A program made the translations under genes and the position numbers. Below the pieces are notes generated by a model. The model was given only the letters and a program-made list of their open reading frames with translations, did no database searches and was not told where the DNA came from. A stretch of DNA of 62,000 nt, taken from contig MU053379.1 in NCBI GenBank assembly GCA_013239625.1, positions 442,490 to 504,489 on the forward strand. Direction: 5' to 3'. Positions 25,561-39,109 of the stretch are shown here, piece after piece. This DNA is from Lama guanicoe. Taxonomy: Eukaryota. Every line of letters begins with the position of its first letter. Position 1 is the first letter of the stretch.

Positions 25561-26997
25561 TACGTCTTAGCTAACAGTTCTCACCTAATCTCCTGGAACT
25601 GCCCCTTATGTTTGGCTAGCCGTAAGGTTCAGCATGCTGTTATTGGCAATGCCTTTCATCCTAATTATGAAAGCATTTCTTATTTGTTCCTAAGCCATTT
25701 CCTAATTGCCACTGTGGACATTTGACTGTTCCTACCAGGAATTATACCTGCTGCATTTTCCCTGTTGTTGCCTCATGTGAGAGAGTGGGCTCACACAGGC
25801 CGTGAGTCTCTCAATAGCCTTGAATTCTTGATAAGACTGCATTTTCAGTTCCTCCTTCAGACAACAGTGGACAGAGAGGCCTCATGAGAGTAGTAACCTT
25901 CAGGCTGAGGCTTTGAGGAAATTCTGAAACATGGTACAGCTCCTGGATCTGGTCTATCCTGCAGACATGACCCATCATTAAAGCTAAAGAATTAGCAGTG
26001 GAATTTTCCTTCCTCCAGACCATAAAGTAGGCCATAGTCCACATCATCCAGGACCTAGCATATCACAGACTCACTCGTGGCTCAGCACCGTGGCCTCAGA
26101 GGACACCTGAAAAAAAATTTTTACTATCAGAATCCACAGAAACTGCTGCAAATAGTCCCATATAATAGTAACTGCAGGTTTATTGTTAGTCTTTTCAGTT
26201 GAACTGTATTTTATATGAATTTTAATTGAGAAAAAATATAATTTTCAAAGCCTGCATAAAATGCATATATCTAAGGCGAAGATGGCCAAGACTTGCTTCC
26301 AAATAAAATCTCCACTCTATTGTCCTGTTTTCCCCACAGTGAGCAAGCTTTGCATAATGAGGGGTCAGCTTTTCCCGGAGCCCCACTGCCAAAATTTAGC
26401 CATAAAAGAAGACCTTACTTCCTGGCACATGTGGCTACTCGGGGAAATCATCTGAAATAAAAACAAGTCAGAATCAGCATAATAGTGCATAACAAAACCC
26501 AGATGTCTCTTGAATAAAAGGTTAATCAAATGCTAATGTTAAATGAAAGAGTTTCAAAGGCAGGAGGAAGAATGTTGAAGATAAATGGGGAAATTAGGTG
26601 CAGCCTCCATGCAACTGAAAGAGCAAGCTTCCTGCACAGAATCTTTTTTAAAGGGAATTAACCTTTTCTTTAACACCTAGAATGTGTTAGATGCTTTATA
26701 AGAAATGTACTAAATCCCTTTTGGGAGTTTAGGCTTAAAAAAAAAAGGCAAAATTACTAAGATGCATTTGAAGGGAGAAAAATGTAGCAATGGCTGAAAT
26801 GCTCTGACTACTTCCTTCAGCCCCATTTTGGTGGATATTTACATATTAATCCTGATTTTGTCAAGAAGTCAATAAGCATTTGCAATGTTTTTAAGCCCAC
26901 CTGCTTTGCTTCCTGGATTGCAGACCGGTCCTGGTCTCACTTCCCAACACCTTCACCCTTTGTCCCTACTCTGACAGAGGAGGTCATTTCACAGTCC

Positions 26998-27410
26998 GTA
27001 ACAGTCAGGGTTCTCCAGAGAAGCAGAACTAACAGGATGTATGTATGGAGAGAGATTTATTTTAAGGAATTGGTTCGTGTGATTTTGGGGACTCCAAAGT
27101 CCTAAATCTGCAGAACAGGGTGGCAGCCTGGAAATTCCAACAAGAGTTAATGGTGCAGTCTTGAGTCTGAAGGCATCCTGCCAGCAGAATTCCCTCTTCC
27201 TCAGGGGAGCTCAGTCTGCTCTTAAAGCCTTCAACTGATTGGATGAGGCCCACCCACATTATGTAGAGTCACCTCCTTATTCAAAGGCTACTGATTTAAA
27301 TTATAGTCACATCTAAAATATACCTTCACAGCAACATCTAGACTGGTGTTTTATCAAATATCTGGGTACCATAGTGCAGCCAAGCTGACATATAAAAGTA
27401 AAATCATCAC
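26998..27410 (-). mobile_element. ERVL solo LTR (MLT2)
   Basis: gtcagggttctccagagaagcagaac...ccttcaactgattggatgaggcccacccacattat...gccaagctgacatataaa...atcaca. Confidence 0.92.
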
Positions 27411-28406
27411 ACAGTCCAGTGGGCAAGGTCAACAAATCAAATGGCAATTGATGCACAGGGCTGTCAGGGAGGGCTGCGGAGAGAAAGTGATGAGTTGGAG
27501 AGTAAACCACAGCAAAAAAGCAAAGGGCATGGAGGCATTTCAAGGATCTTCGTGTTCAGAATGTTTTTAAAGTAGAGGGCGCTGAGGGGGTGCAGGGCGG
27601 AGGGAAAGGAGGATGATATAAATGAGCCTGAAGAAGTAGACAGGCCAAGGAGGAAAACGATTATTCTTTTGTGATCAGTGTGATTTGCTCCTTAAGCATA
27701 GGAGCAAATGTGGGTGTATGTTTTTTAACTAGTGGCTTCGGGATCCCCACACCTTACTGGAAAGAGGTCCTCAATTCTCCAAGAACAGTGGAGCCTCAGA
27801 GACTGCAGTGCCATTAGAAGCCATAGGTGGCACTCTTCTGGTCTAGCCAGGCACCAAACCCACAGCTCTTTTAGTTAAAATTCCCATTCCTGACCACCTA
27901 GTGTTTCCCCTTGGAGGGTCTTTCCTTCTCTCCTATAATGCCCTGCCTTCCTTAAGCAAAGTGATCTTGCTCCACCCACAGGACAGCTCTGCACTCTGGG
28001 TCAGGTACATGCTCTTCCCTCCTCCCAGCCTATTCCACCTGACCGAGCAGGAACCCTCCATGAGGCAGCTCTGCTCTTAGGCGAGCCCTTCTTGTGGAAG
28101 ATGACATCAGCACCATGACAAGGATGTCCTTTAATGGGGCTTCCATCTAACCTCTGCTTTAGCAGGCACCCTGTTACCCCAAGGCAAATGAGAGTGCTCC
28201 CAAAGGCAGCAGAAATCCAGGAAAGCCTTTCAGAAAGAGGAACGACAAGGGCTCTGCAAAATGGTCTGGCCTGGTTGGAGGGTGGCGCTGACAGAGAGCA
28301 ACACCAGGGCGACAAATCAAAAGTACAGAAGAGAGACAGGAGAGCCCAAGAGAGGCAGCAGAGGCTTCTCTACTCCCCGGCTCCACCATCCAGGCAGCAA
28401 TGCCTG

Positions 28407-28786
28407 TGTTACAGGCTAGATCGTGCCCTGCCAAAACTCTAACACAGAAGTCCGAACCCCCAGTATGTCTCTATTTAGAGACAGGGTCTTTAAAGACCTA
28501 ACTAAGTTAAAATGAGGTCATTGGGATGGGCCCTAGTGCAATATGACTAGGGTCCTTATAAATAGAGGAGATGAGAACGCAGACACACACAGAGGTGAAG
28601 CCTATGTAGAAGACACAGAGAGAAGACAGCTATCTACCAGCCAAGGGGAGAGACCACAGAAGAATCCAACCCAGCTGACACCTTGCCCTCAGACCTCTGG
28701 CTCCAGAACAGTGAGAAAATACATTTCTCTTGTTAAGCCACCCAATCTGTGGTACTTTTTCACAGCCGCCCTAGCAAAAGAACACA
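28407..28786 (+). mobile_element. MaLR solo LTR (MLT1A/B-like)
   Basis: TGTTAC start; agggtctttaaag...aaatgaggtcat; ttaagccacccaatctgtggtact; ends CA. Flanked by a cctg repeat. Confidence 0.92.
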
Positions 28787-29271
28787 CCTGGCTTTACTCT
28801 AAATCAAATCATAGTTAGCAATTCTGAAAGGCTGCGGCAAGCTATCCTAAACGGCTTCAGGAAATGAAAAGGCTGGGTCCTGGGCTGTGCTATCGGATCA
28901 CAGGAGGAACTAAGGATGCAGATGTTGCTACAAACCACCTTGTGCCCAGAAGGAGATGTTTCATTTCACTCAACAGAGGAACAGCAGCAGGGTCCCAGAT
29001 GATGGTGAGCAAACCGTGATAAAACCCCTCATCATTTTGAAGATAAATTTATGCAGTGCTGTCATCTCTCAACCTTGTTTGATCTTGTAAGCTCATTACA
29101 TTAATTCATATTTAGGTTGAAGAGCAAAATGTGTGGTAAAGTTGCTCTTTTTGAAGCCTTGGTTTATATATTTAAAATGGACCTAATTAGTTTTGCACAC
29201 AAAACACCCACAAGAGGTAACAGATGCATATTGGGGGGTCAACATGACCCTCTCTTAAAAATGAACACGCT

Positions 29272-29430
29272 GAGAACAACAAGTACTCCAGGTGATGCTG
29301 GATGTCAGTAGTGGGGAGACAGTGCATGCGCAGGGCAGGGGGCATAAGGGAGCCCTCTGCACTCTTCACTCCACTTGTTGTGAACCTAAAGCTGCTCTAA
29401 AAAATATAGTTTATTAATTTACAAAGAAAA
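29272..29430 (+). mobile_element. L1MC-like 3' end fragment
   Basis: ctctgcactc...tgtgaacctaaagctgctctaaaaaata. Confidence 0.75.
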
Positions 29431-29516
29431 CTGACAATGGTAACAATTAAAAAACAGTTACTGTTTAAAAAAGTGAACACATCTGCTTGTCGATATCTGT
29501 ATCTATAAATCAAAGT

Positions 29517-29668
29517 AGATCAAGGTGCCAGCAGGTTGGGTTCTTGGTGAGAGCCCTTTTCCTGGAGCACTGGGGCTCCATCCTCATGACCTAATCTAAA
29601 CCGAATTACCTCCCAAAGACCTCACCTCCGAATACTATCACTTTGGGGGTTAGAGTTTCAACATTTAT
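29517..29668 (-). mobile_element. MaLR LTR fragment (MLT1A/MST-like)
   Basis: agatcaaggtgccagcag...cctcatgacctaatc...ttacctcccaaagacctcacctcc...gggggttagagtttcaaca. Confidence 0.75.
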
Positions 29669-29689
29669 TTCAAAATCAAATCAATATTT

Positions 29690-32600
29690 GCTTACATTTC
29701 CTTTTACTCTTTCAATTTTAATGCTAATTCATCTTAGATTTATTTTAGTATAGAGTACTTTTTTCTTTAAATGTTTTTTATTTTTTTAGAAAAAAAAGAG
29801 AAAGATTTTAGAAAGATCTTCCCAGTGCAGACCTTCAAAAAGAGAATAAGAAAAAATACTTTTATATTTTCCTGTATTTATACAGGATAAAATCATGAAA
29901 GTATCTGACACATTGATTAGCAATATACTTTAACAAGGCTAATCTATTTGGAAATTATTTTCAAGAATGATGTGATATGGGGATTTCTTTTTCAGATAGA
30001 TAATTGACTCAACACCACATGTTTTACTTATCCAGCCCTAATAATTTGACTTTGTTATATACAAAAGTTTTATGATCAGATATTTGAACTGAGTCTCCAT
30101 TAAGCTCATAGATAATGAGAAGGCAAAATCGACACCCTGAAGTTATCGCATCTTCCCCTTCGAGATCACGGTATATTTACATCTTCTTGTGGGTCCTTCA
30201 GTAAAATTTCATAGTTTTATTTATTTAGTTTTTACATATTTCCTATCGATTTGTTCCTAGGGCTTTTATCATTTGGATTGTTACTATGAATACTTTTCTT
30301 CTAAAAGACCATTGCCAGTGAATAGGGGAGCTGTGAAATTCTTAAATGTTGATTTTCTCCAGCTTGCTGAATCCTATTAATTACGGTAGCCTGTATACAA
30401 TCCTCTTGAATTTTCTAGGAAAAACTCAGATGACATATAAATAATGATCATTTGACATATCTTTTATAATATTTATACCACATATATTTTTCTTGACATT
30501 TTGGTTACAACCTCCAGAAAAATGAACAAAAAGTTGTCAGTGTGGGGCATCCCTGTGTGGTTCATGATTTTAATGTGAATGCCTCTGTTTTGTTTCTATG
30601 TCTTTTGGTTCCTAACAAATACTATTTATTATGTTTCAAAACATTTTTTTATTTTTCTAATTTATAAAAGGTATTTATCAGAAATGACAACTTATCAAAT
30701 ATACTTGATATATCTACATGATTGTACTGTTTGTTTTTCCATTAAATATTGATTTAATGAAGTATATTGATAGATTCCCTAATATAAAAGCACCCCAAAT
30801 TACTAGATTAAATTTTACTTTGTCATGAGACATGATCTTTATTATATTTTGGGTTTAATTTATTGATATTTTACTAAGAATTTTTTAAATCTATACTTTT
30901 AAAAGATATTTGTCCATAGTTTCTTTTTTGACAGCCTTTTTCTTAAGAATTAAGTCCATAAAATGAACCAGAAACTTTTTGTTTTCTGATTCTTCTTAGC
31001 AGTTCAGATACCAAAAGAACAACATGCTCCTTGAAGAGCAACGTAACTCACTTTAAAACTGGGCCATTCTGGTCCTTCTTTAGAAGTGTATCTTTGACAA
31101 CTTTTCAACTTCTTTTTATGTGCATATTTCCTATTCAGGTTTTCTACCACCTCCTGAGCCCATTTTGGTAATTTATATATCCCTTGAAGAGTACTTATTC
31201 ATCTCAATTATCAAATTTGTTGCTGTAAACTTATGTACAGTATTTTATTATCATTTAAAAATACCTTCAGTATCTACACTTATATGCTTCATTTCTACTC
31301 TACTGTATTTCTAGTTTCTCTTTTTCTCTATTTTTTAAAATTATACTTTTAAAAGGTTGCCTATTACCTTAGCCTTTTCAGAGAACCAAAACCTGGATTT
31401 ATTCATCAATATTACTCTTAGAGGGGTGGATTTTGTTTCTGTTTTTATCTTAATAGTATCTTTCCCCTATCTCCTTTGAAACTATTGTTTTTGTTTTTTG
31501 AGTTAATACTGTTATTTTATTTACAGTAAAAGCTATATATCTTTTATTTATAAGTATACTTTAGTAAAATGTTTTCCTTTGGATCAAGAGTTGAATTCAT
31601 CTCACAGGCTTTGAAATGTGATCTTACATGATTATTTCCTTCTCAATAGCCTATGATTATTTTTGAGTGTTTGAAGAAAATGTGCAGTAACTCCTAGACC
31701 ACTGCAGTTTTCTGCATAATAAAATAAAATATAACAATATAATAAAATCTGCTGTGTTCATTGAGCTACTGAGTCCTCTATATCCTTATGATTTTTGCTC
31801 TTCCTAGTCTTCCAGCTTTTGAAAGAAGTATTTAAAGTCTCCACTATAACTGATGTCCAGGTGATTTCTCCTTTTATTGCTAGGAGTTGTTGATTTATGT
31901 ATCCCAAAGTTATAATGAAAGAGTCAAGATCTGTGACTGTTGCAGCCCCCTGGTGGGGGCGCCTTTAAACAATATGAAATACTCTCTTTATTCCCTTTTA
32001 ATACTTTTTACATAGTTTCCTTTTCTCCCAATATTAACTTTGCCAGCCCTGTTTTTGAGGTGGTGGTGGTTTTGCATTCGTTTGGCGACACTCCCACCAT
32101 CTATTTTCAACATTGCTCTTACGGGTGTGTCTCTTGGGGATAGTCTGTAACTCGCGTTTGCTTTGGTTTATTCAGTTGGATGATCCTTGTCTTTTATTAG
32201 GTATCTGAATCATTCATATCCATTGTGATCACTGATTTACGTGTATCTTATGCCTCTCGTTTTAAGTCTTCTGTATAGTATACTTTTCCAATATCTCCTT
32301 TTTTTCCCTTTCCAGTCTTGTGCTGGAATAATCAACTTTACGTTATTTCTTCCACCCTCACACACAAAGATTAGACAGCTTCAAGTTGAATCCAGGACCC
32401 ACAATCCATTTTCCTTTGAACTCTGTAAACTTTATTCTGTTTTCTCCTAGCATTTAATATTTCTAATAAAAAAACTCCAGTACCTAAGAACTCCAGTTTG
32501 AGTCTCCCTTTTTTGCAATTTTTTCCCTTGTCTAAGAGTTTATAGAAGTTTACCTTTATCCTAGAACTTTAGAAAATTTCTCAAGGTATGATTTCTTCCC

Positions 32601-33030
32601 AATAATCTATTCCATCATTCAGTGAGGGTTACCAATCTGAACAAAATCTCTGTAGATCAAAAAGTTTTGCTCACTTACCTCCATTGCCCCTGTTTTCTCT
32701 TTCTCAAAGTGATATTATACAGATGTAAAATATTCTACACTTGCTTGCTTTCTTTCTTCCTTTCTTTCTCTCTCTTTGCTCTGTTCTCTGAGATAATTCC
32801 TTGAATTCATCTTCTTATTCATTAACTTGGCTTTTAGCAATGTCCATTTTATACCTAAATTGAATTTGGGGTAGCAATTGTTTTGAATTTCTTAAAAGGT
32901 TCTCTCTTTCCTGTTCATTCTCTTCTCGTAGCAAATTGTTCCTACCGTATTGATAGAGGTATCCCACAAATTTCCCTCAAGTCGCGAATTCAGAACTGGG
33001 ATACTCTCCCCTGCTTTTTCCGTTGTTTCA
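29690..33030 (-). mobile_element. Old, highly degenerate L1M (L1ME-like)
   Basis: T-rich antisense L1 motifs: cctccagaaaaatg, gggcatccctgt, ttttcagagaaccaa, tttaaagtctccactat. Confidence 0.65.
31942..31956 (-). promoter_or_regulatory. Candidate CTCF motif
   Basis: The reverse complement is CCACCAGGGGGCTGC, close to the CTCF core CCACCAGGGGGCGC. Motif match only. Confidence 0.4.
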
Positions 33031-33051
33031 GTGAGGTCCACACTTATACCC

Positions 33052-33225
33052 AGGTAACATTTATTGAGAGATCAGTGTGCTCCAGACATTGTTTGAAATG
33101 CTTTACATATGTTAACTCAATTAATCCCAAACAACCCTTGAGGTTATTATTACCAACATTTCGCACGCAAGGAGAATGGGGCAGAGCCTGGATGCCAACC
33201 CTGGCCATCTGGCTCTGGAACCCTG
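33052..33225 (-). mobile_element. MIR
   Basis: taacatttattgag...tgctttacatatgttaactcaattaatcc. Confidence 0.75.
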
Positions 33226-35121
33226 AAAACCCCACCATGTGCAAGGCTGGCATTTGTTCTTGATGCTCAGGTGGTCTCTTCTTTCAGGCTGCTGCTTCTA
33301 CAGATATAAGTCCATGGTTTTCCTGTTACCTGCCTTGTTTTCATAAATTAAAACGTATCCATATTGGTAACCAGTGTGACCTGCACCCCTGCCCCTCCCT
33401 AAGTGAGGTAAAATGATAGCAGGAGATCTGTGACATGCTTGTTCTAAGGATGATGTCGCCTTGGGGCAAAAGCTGTGCAGCTTCTCAGGGTGCAGGGCTC
33501 CAAGCCCCAGGATCCGGTGTCTGTCCAAGTCACTGCGCCAGCCCCTGATGGCTGCTGGGCAGAGATGTAACTGTCAGTGTGAAGCAGCAAGGCTGCCTGA
33601 ACAAAGTTAGCCAAGTCCCCCAGGGCCAGAGACACGGTGTGGCAAGGGTAAACGCCAGCGGCAAACAAGCAGTACATCAGCAGAGTCTGCTAGACATCTC
33701 ACCAAAAACCCCCAACATCCCAGAACGAGAGATCTAGTCACCCACATAAATCATGAAACCTAAATCATTGGTTCCCTTTTATCTAAAAGTGTTTTAAAAA
33801 ATAAATAAATACTGATTTTTTTTAAGATAGAGAAGAAATTCAAAGAACCTACACATGACATTTTGTTGAATCCTTACCTTGGATGCAGCCAAACCATATG
33901 CGCCCCCGTCACCCTTCACCTGTACTCACCTTGACGCCATCTGTTTCCTGTCTTCCAGAAACTCTTCCAACCTGGCCTGTCAAGTCTGTCCTCCCGGGTT
34001 TTCAGCTCTGTTGTGTATTTTCTCTCACATTTACGTTCCTTTGGTTGTTTGAAAAGAATTTTTGTAGGGAGGGGAAAAGAACTACTGAGCTCAAATCATT
34101 GCTTGGAAAATGGGGCTCGTTGTATTTCTGGCAGATTTTCTGTTGCATATTTTTAAATTAATTATCATAATTTTTCTAATCAGAAGAAAGTGTAGGAAGG
34201 GTTTCTTGATGGCAAAGTCACCTCAACTCTAAAAGTTTTAGTGAATTCACTTCTACTTTAAAAAGCAAGCAGCAGGCCCATTGGTGATAGCTCCTAACAA
34301 ACAATAAGCTAAATTGTGTTTTAAAAAGCGCCATTCGTTGACCCAAAGACACTACATGAAGAGACAATAGCATACTTTGTTGCAGATCAGGGAGCAACAT
34401 ATCTAGAGAGCAAGCTAAGCTTGAATGACAGTCCAAGTGGCCCTTTTGCATCTATATATTTATTTTAAGGGTGTTTTAAAGGATCAATGTTTTCAAGACA
34501 TTGGAATTTAATTACAATGGCATAAGCAACATTAATTAAGAGTTGACTTTTGAGTAGAGAATTTAGAAAGCAGGGTGTTGCAAAGTATATGCTGGGCATT
34601 GTACACAATGGAGACAGCCAAGCTCAAAGTCAAAAAAGGATCTGTTACATTAGATATATAGGAAGAGGCCAGCCTGGCAAGGGTAGAGAGAGCAGAGGGT
34701 GACAGGAGACAGAGTGTCAGGTAGACTTGGGGTCTTGGAAGCGATGGCAATGACCTTTGATTTACACTGGAGAAGGAAGTAAGAGATACGGGATTTGAGA
34801 GACTAGTTTGGTGACTCCACTGAGACTTAAGAAGAGGGTAGAACTCAAGAGGATGACGCTGGTGAGTGGCCAGCTGCTGTGGTTGACTTTTTCAGGCAGA
34901 GAGGATGGAGAGATTATTCAACATGGGAGCATCATCAGGCCAGTTGGGAACAGATTTGTCAGAGAGGGAGCCAGGCTCAGTGCCTCCATCTCTGAGCAGC
35001 ACTAGCTGGCGGAAAGCCCGAGGGGTCAGCTGTGTGCTTCAGCCTGCAAACCAGGCTCAAGTCTATTCCCAGGGTCTCTCTTTCCAAGACTAGTGGCTCC
35101 TGGAGCCTGCCCTTTTCATGG

Positions 35122-35459
35122 TGCTTTAGTCAGCTCAGGCTGCTTTAACAAAAATACCATAGACTGGCTGCCTTAAACAATGGACATTTATTTCTCAGAG
35201 TTCTGGGGGCTGGCATTCTTGGTGTCAGCAGATCCAGAGTCTGTTGGGGGCCCACTTCCTCACTCATGGGTGGCCGTCTTCTGTGCCCTCCAGGGCAGAC
35301 GGGGTGAGGAACCTGTGGGTATGAATCCCACTCCTGAAGACTCCACCCTCAAGACTTAAGGACCTCCCAAAGGACGGGCCTCCGGATAACATCACACCAC
35401 ACTGAGGGTTAGGATTTCAGCATATGAATTTGGGGAGGGGAGACATTTAGTCAATAGCA
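35122..35459 (-). mobile_element. MaLR solo LTR (MLT1A-like) with intact 5-bp TSD
   Basis: TG...CA termini; CATGG duplicated at 35117-35121 and 35460-35464. Confidence 0.92.
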
Positions 35460-35479
35460 CATGGCAAATGGCAAGGGTA

Positions 35480-36560
35480 GGTTATGTGTTTTGACATAAA
35501 ATTATTTGGTTCAGAGTCACGATTGTTATATCCTCATTGTGAACGTAACTTCTTATCATAAAAAGTTGTATCATTTGATGCTTTTTGCCCTCAACTCTAC
35601 TTTGTCCAATATTAATATCGCCACCCTTGCTCATAGTACTATATGAACCTGATTTGTCTTTGCTTATTTCTCTCTCTCTCTTTTTTTTTTTTTTTTGCCT
35701 TCCTGGGTCAATTACTTTTTAAGGTAATTCTTTTAAATAACATATAATTGGATTGGGGGGTTTCAATCTCAACTTAAAGTATTTTTCTTTCAGTAAGCCA
35801 CTCTAAGGCATTTTTATTTATTATCAAAACAAATGTATTTGTTCTTATGACTTTAGGCTAGTTCCTCTTTTCTGTCTTTTACTTTATGGATTTTATTTGT
35901 ATTGTTCTTTTCCTTCCTTTTGTGCTCTGAAAGCTATAATCCATTTTTATTCCCCTCATGATTACTGTAAAAATTAAATATTATGAACGCTTTTTCCTCT
36001 AATTATAAAATGTCAACTATCAAGCAATATTTATTAAACCACTCCCGAGGCAGATGCTAAATTTCAACATGCTGTTACTTCTTCTCCCTTGGCTACTTTC
36101 CAATTTCAATTGTATTGAAGGGGGGTTAGACTTAGCTAGAGTCCACTCTCCACCCCATCACATACATTTTATAATTTACCTTTAGAGCAACAATTCTAAC
36201 CAGGGAGAAGAGGGGTGATGTAGGCCTCCAGGGGACAATCGGCAATGCCTGGAGACAGTTAAGATTGTCCCAGTTGCTCCTGGCATCCAGTGGATAGAGA
36301 CCAGAGATGTTGTTTAGTATTCTATGGTGCACAGGTCTGAGCGCATGGCAGAGAACTATCTGGCTCCAAAACACAAATAATGTTGAGATTGAGAAACTGG
36401 GCTCTTGAAATTTTGTTGCTGTGAAGGTTGCTATGTTAATGTTAACTTACCATGTTTATATTTAGGGCCAGTAATTTTATATCCTCCTTCTTAGTTTTTA
36501 ATTGCTATTTATCCCTTGACTAGCTAGAAAATGTTTTTCAGTAATTTTTTTCAAGTAGAC
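35480..36560 (-). mobile_element. Old L1M fragment
   Basis: tctactttgtccaatattaatatcgccacccttgct motif; T-rich. Confidence 0.6.
36186..36402. mobile_element. MER20 (hAT-Charlie)
   Basis: ccaggggaca...ggcaatgcctggagaca...tgctcctggcatccagtggatagagaccagagatg...tgagattgagaaac. Confidence 0.85.
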
Positions 36561-36935
36561 TCTAGAGAAGAGGAACTACATTCTCCAAAGCCCACAGTGC
36601 TGCAGCATTACCCACAGACAAACTCCCTGGGAGGAGACGAGACTGTTTCATCAGCACCCATCTCCCTGGAGAGGGGTCTCTTTCTGGTAGATGTTTATTG
36701 GGCCATTTGACACCTCTGTTTGTTCACTGCCTGTCATTTTCTCATCCATGTCTCTATCTCTGTTATCTCCTATGCAATTGTGTTCTCCATGATGTAGAGA
36801 TTGGCCTGATGTCTAACACATGGGCTACAAATATTTAATCTATAATACTTAAGAGATTATTGACATCTTAACCATATTTCAGTTTGTTATTCATAGAAAG
36901 TTTAACTTTTTGGTTTTTTAATTTACTTTGAAATT

Positions 36936-37412
36936 TACAACCTAAGGGTTCATCAACAGATAAATGGATAAAGGAGCTGTGGTATACACACACACACACA
37001 CAGGAATACCATTCAGCCACAAAAAAGAATGAAATTTTGCCATTTGTGGCAACATAGATGGACTCAGAGGACATTATACTAAGTGAAATAAGTCAGAGAA
37101 AGGTAAATACTGCATGATATCACTTATATGTGGAATCTAGAAAATATGACAAACTAGTGAATATAACATAAAAGAAGCAGACTCACAGGTATAGAGAACA
37201 AACTTGTGGTTACCAGCACAGCCCCGGGGCGGGGGGTGCAGGGAGGGTTGAGGAGGAGGAATTTATGGGTGGGGTTGTGGAGTGTATAAACTATTGGGAG
37301 TAAGATTTGCTCAAGGATGTATTGTAAAACATGGGGAATATAGCCAATATTTTCTAGTAACTGTAAATGGAACGTAAACTGTAAATTGTATAAAAATTTT
37401 AAAATTAAACAA
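36936..37412 (+). mobile_element. L1 3' end (sense), with CA repeat and G-rich tract
   Basis: acagataaatggataaag...aagaatgaaattttgccatttg...atcacttatatgtggaatcta...gagaacaaacttgtggttaccag, followed by an A-rich tail. Confidence 0.9.
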
Positions 37413-37499
37413 ATTGGAAAAGACATACATCAAAAAAATCTATAAATGAAGTACATAAAAAATTTTCAAGTAAAATTTACTTGCTGATCTCCTCCTTTA

Positions 37500-38010
37500 C
37501 TTTTTTGCCAAAATGGACTTCTTTATCCTGAAATCAGATATTTTTCTAGGTGCCTTAAGTTATGTTTCCACATGTAATCCTTTTAACCCAACAGGATTGA
37601 TCTGGGTGTTGGTTACAGAATACTCCCCAACAGCTCAGCAGTGCTCACAGCACAGTTTAGTAACTGGTCCATCCTTGCCCCTCCAATCTGAAATGTCATG
37701 TTTATCACATGCCAGACATAAGGGCCAGTTTCTGGAGTTTATGCTTTGTTTCTTCGAACCTAACTTTTTTTGCATGAACCTCTCTGTTTTAATTATTTTA
37801 GCCATATAATATGTTTTCATGCTCACCAGACTTCCTCCATTACAATTGCTGTTAAAAACCACTTTTAGCTCTCAGCTAAAAATTATTCTTCCAGAAGAAG
37901 TTTTGTAATTTTATTCAATTCCAAAAAAAAAAAATCCCCTTGGAACTTTTGATTGGAATTGCATTAAATTTCCAAATGCTTATGTGAAGGATTGACATCT
38001 TTGCAACCCC
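37500..38010 (-). mobile_element. Old L1M ORF2 fragment
   Basis: ttggaacttttgattggaattgcattaaat...ttgacatcttt. Confidence 0.6.
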
Positions 38011-39109
38011 AGATATCCCTGATCCAGGTTCCACTTCTCGTTCCTTCCATCATTTTTATATCTTCATCATTTCCTCTGAGTTCTGGGAGAAATTTTCAAA
38101 TTTACCTTCTCCCTCACTAATCAAATTTCCTACATTGTCTTCTCTTCTGCTGGCATGGCAGTGTTGAATTTAATAATCCTGTTCTGCTCTTTGTGCAATC
38201 TTTACTGATAACAAAGCAGTTCCTTTTGGGGACCGTCAGCTCTCCCTTCATGACCCTGGTTGGGAATTAGAAATACCTCACTCTTTCTCCTATCCTTTGC
38301 CATGGATCTATTTCGATGGGCAGCGTCAGCTCTGTCTTTGGAATGAATGCTTGGGGTCTGGGGCAGCAGGTGTGTCTACCCTTGCTTGCTCACACCAGCT
38401 GGCTCACAGATAGACTGCCTTCCACATACTTCCGGCCCAGAGAAGGAAGGAGTGAAAAGCTGAGATTCATTCTGGCTTGGCCCCACCTGTTCAGAGACCT
38501 AGAGGAAGGTGCCCCAGCCGGCCCCCTGTCCTCTTGGCAGAGCCGCCAGGACTTAGCCCTAGGGGGGTGTCCACGGCTCCTGGTGGCGGCAGCTGCCCTC
38601 ATCACAGGTCCACAGCCCTGTCCTCCCAGCAGAGCCATCTGAGCCCGTCTGGCTCTGAGTCTGCACTGCTGTGGGCGCCTGCTCCCTCCCTCCCAAGCGG
38701 CACTGATGGGATTAAAATGCATCTCCTGGTGCCTGGCCGGCCCAGGTCCTCCCAGCAGGTCCCTGCCCCGCCCATCCACACTCAATCTGCAAGAAATGCC
38801 TGGCAGCTCCTGGAACAGTCCCTCGTTTACAGCCCATGTGTAGGGTTCTCTTTTTACATCCCTTTTGGTGATTTCCTCAGGAGTTTTGGAGAGTGAGATT
38901 TTGATGTCTGTGTCCAGACCTCTCTCCGGACACTTAAGAAGTTCAGGGGCAGTCAGGAGAAAGTTGAGCTTTTATTTCTGTTTCAATGGTTACAAAATAA
39001 GAATATTCTTATTCTTCTCATTTCTTCTTCTCATTGATTAACAATGAAAATAGAAAATTTTTCAATAATGTTCAAAATAATTCATAAAATATTGCATTTG
39101 TCCTAATGT

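Noticed and set aside
38316..38896. GC-rich patch with three overlapping ORFs
   Set aside because: No recognisable protein or splice pair. High GC explains the long ORFs.
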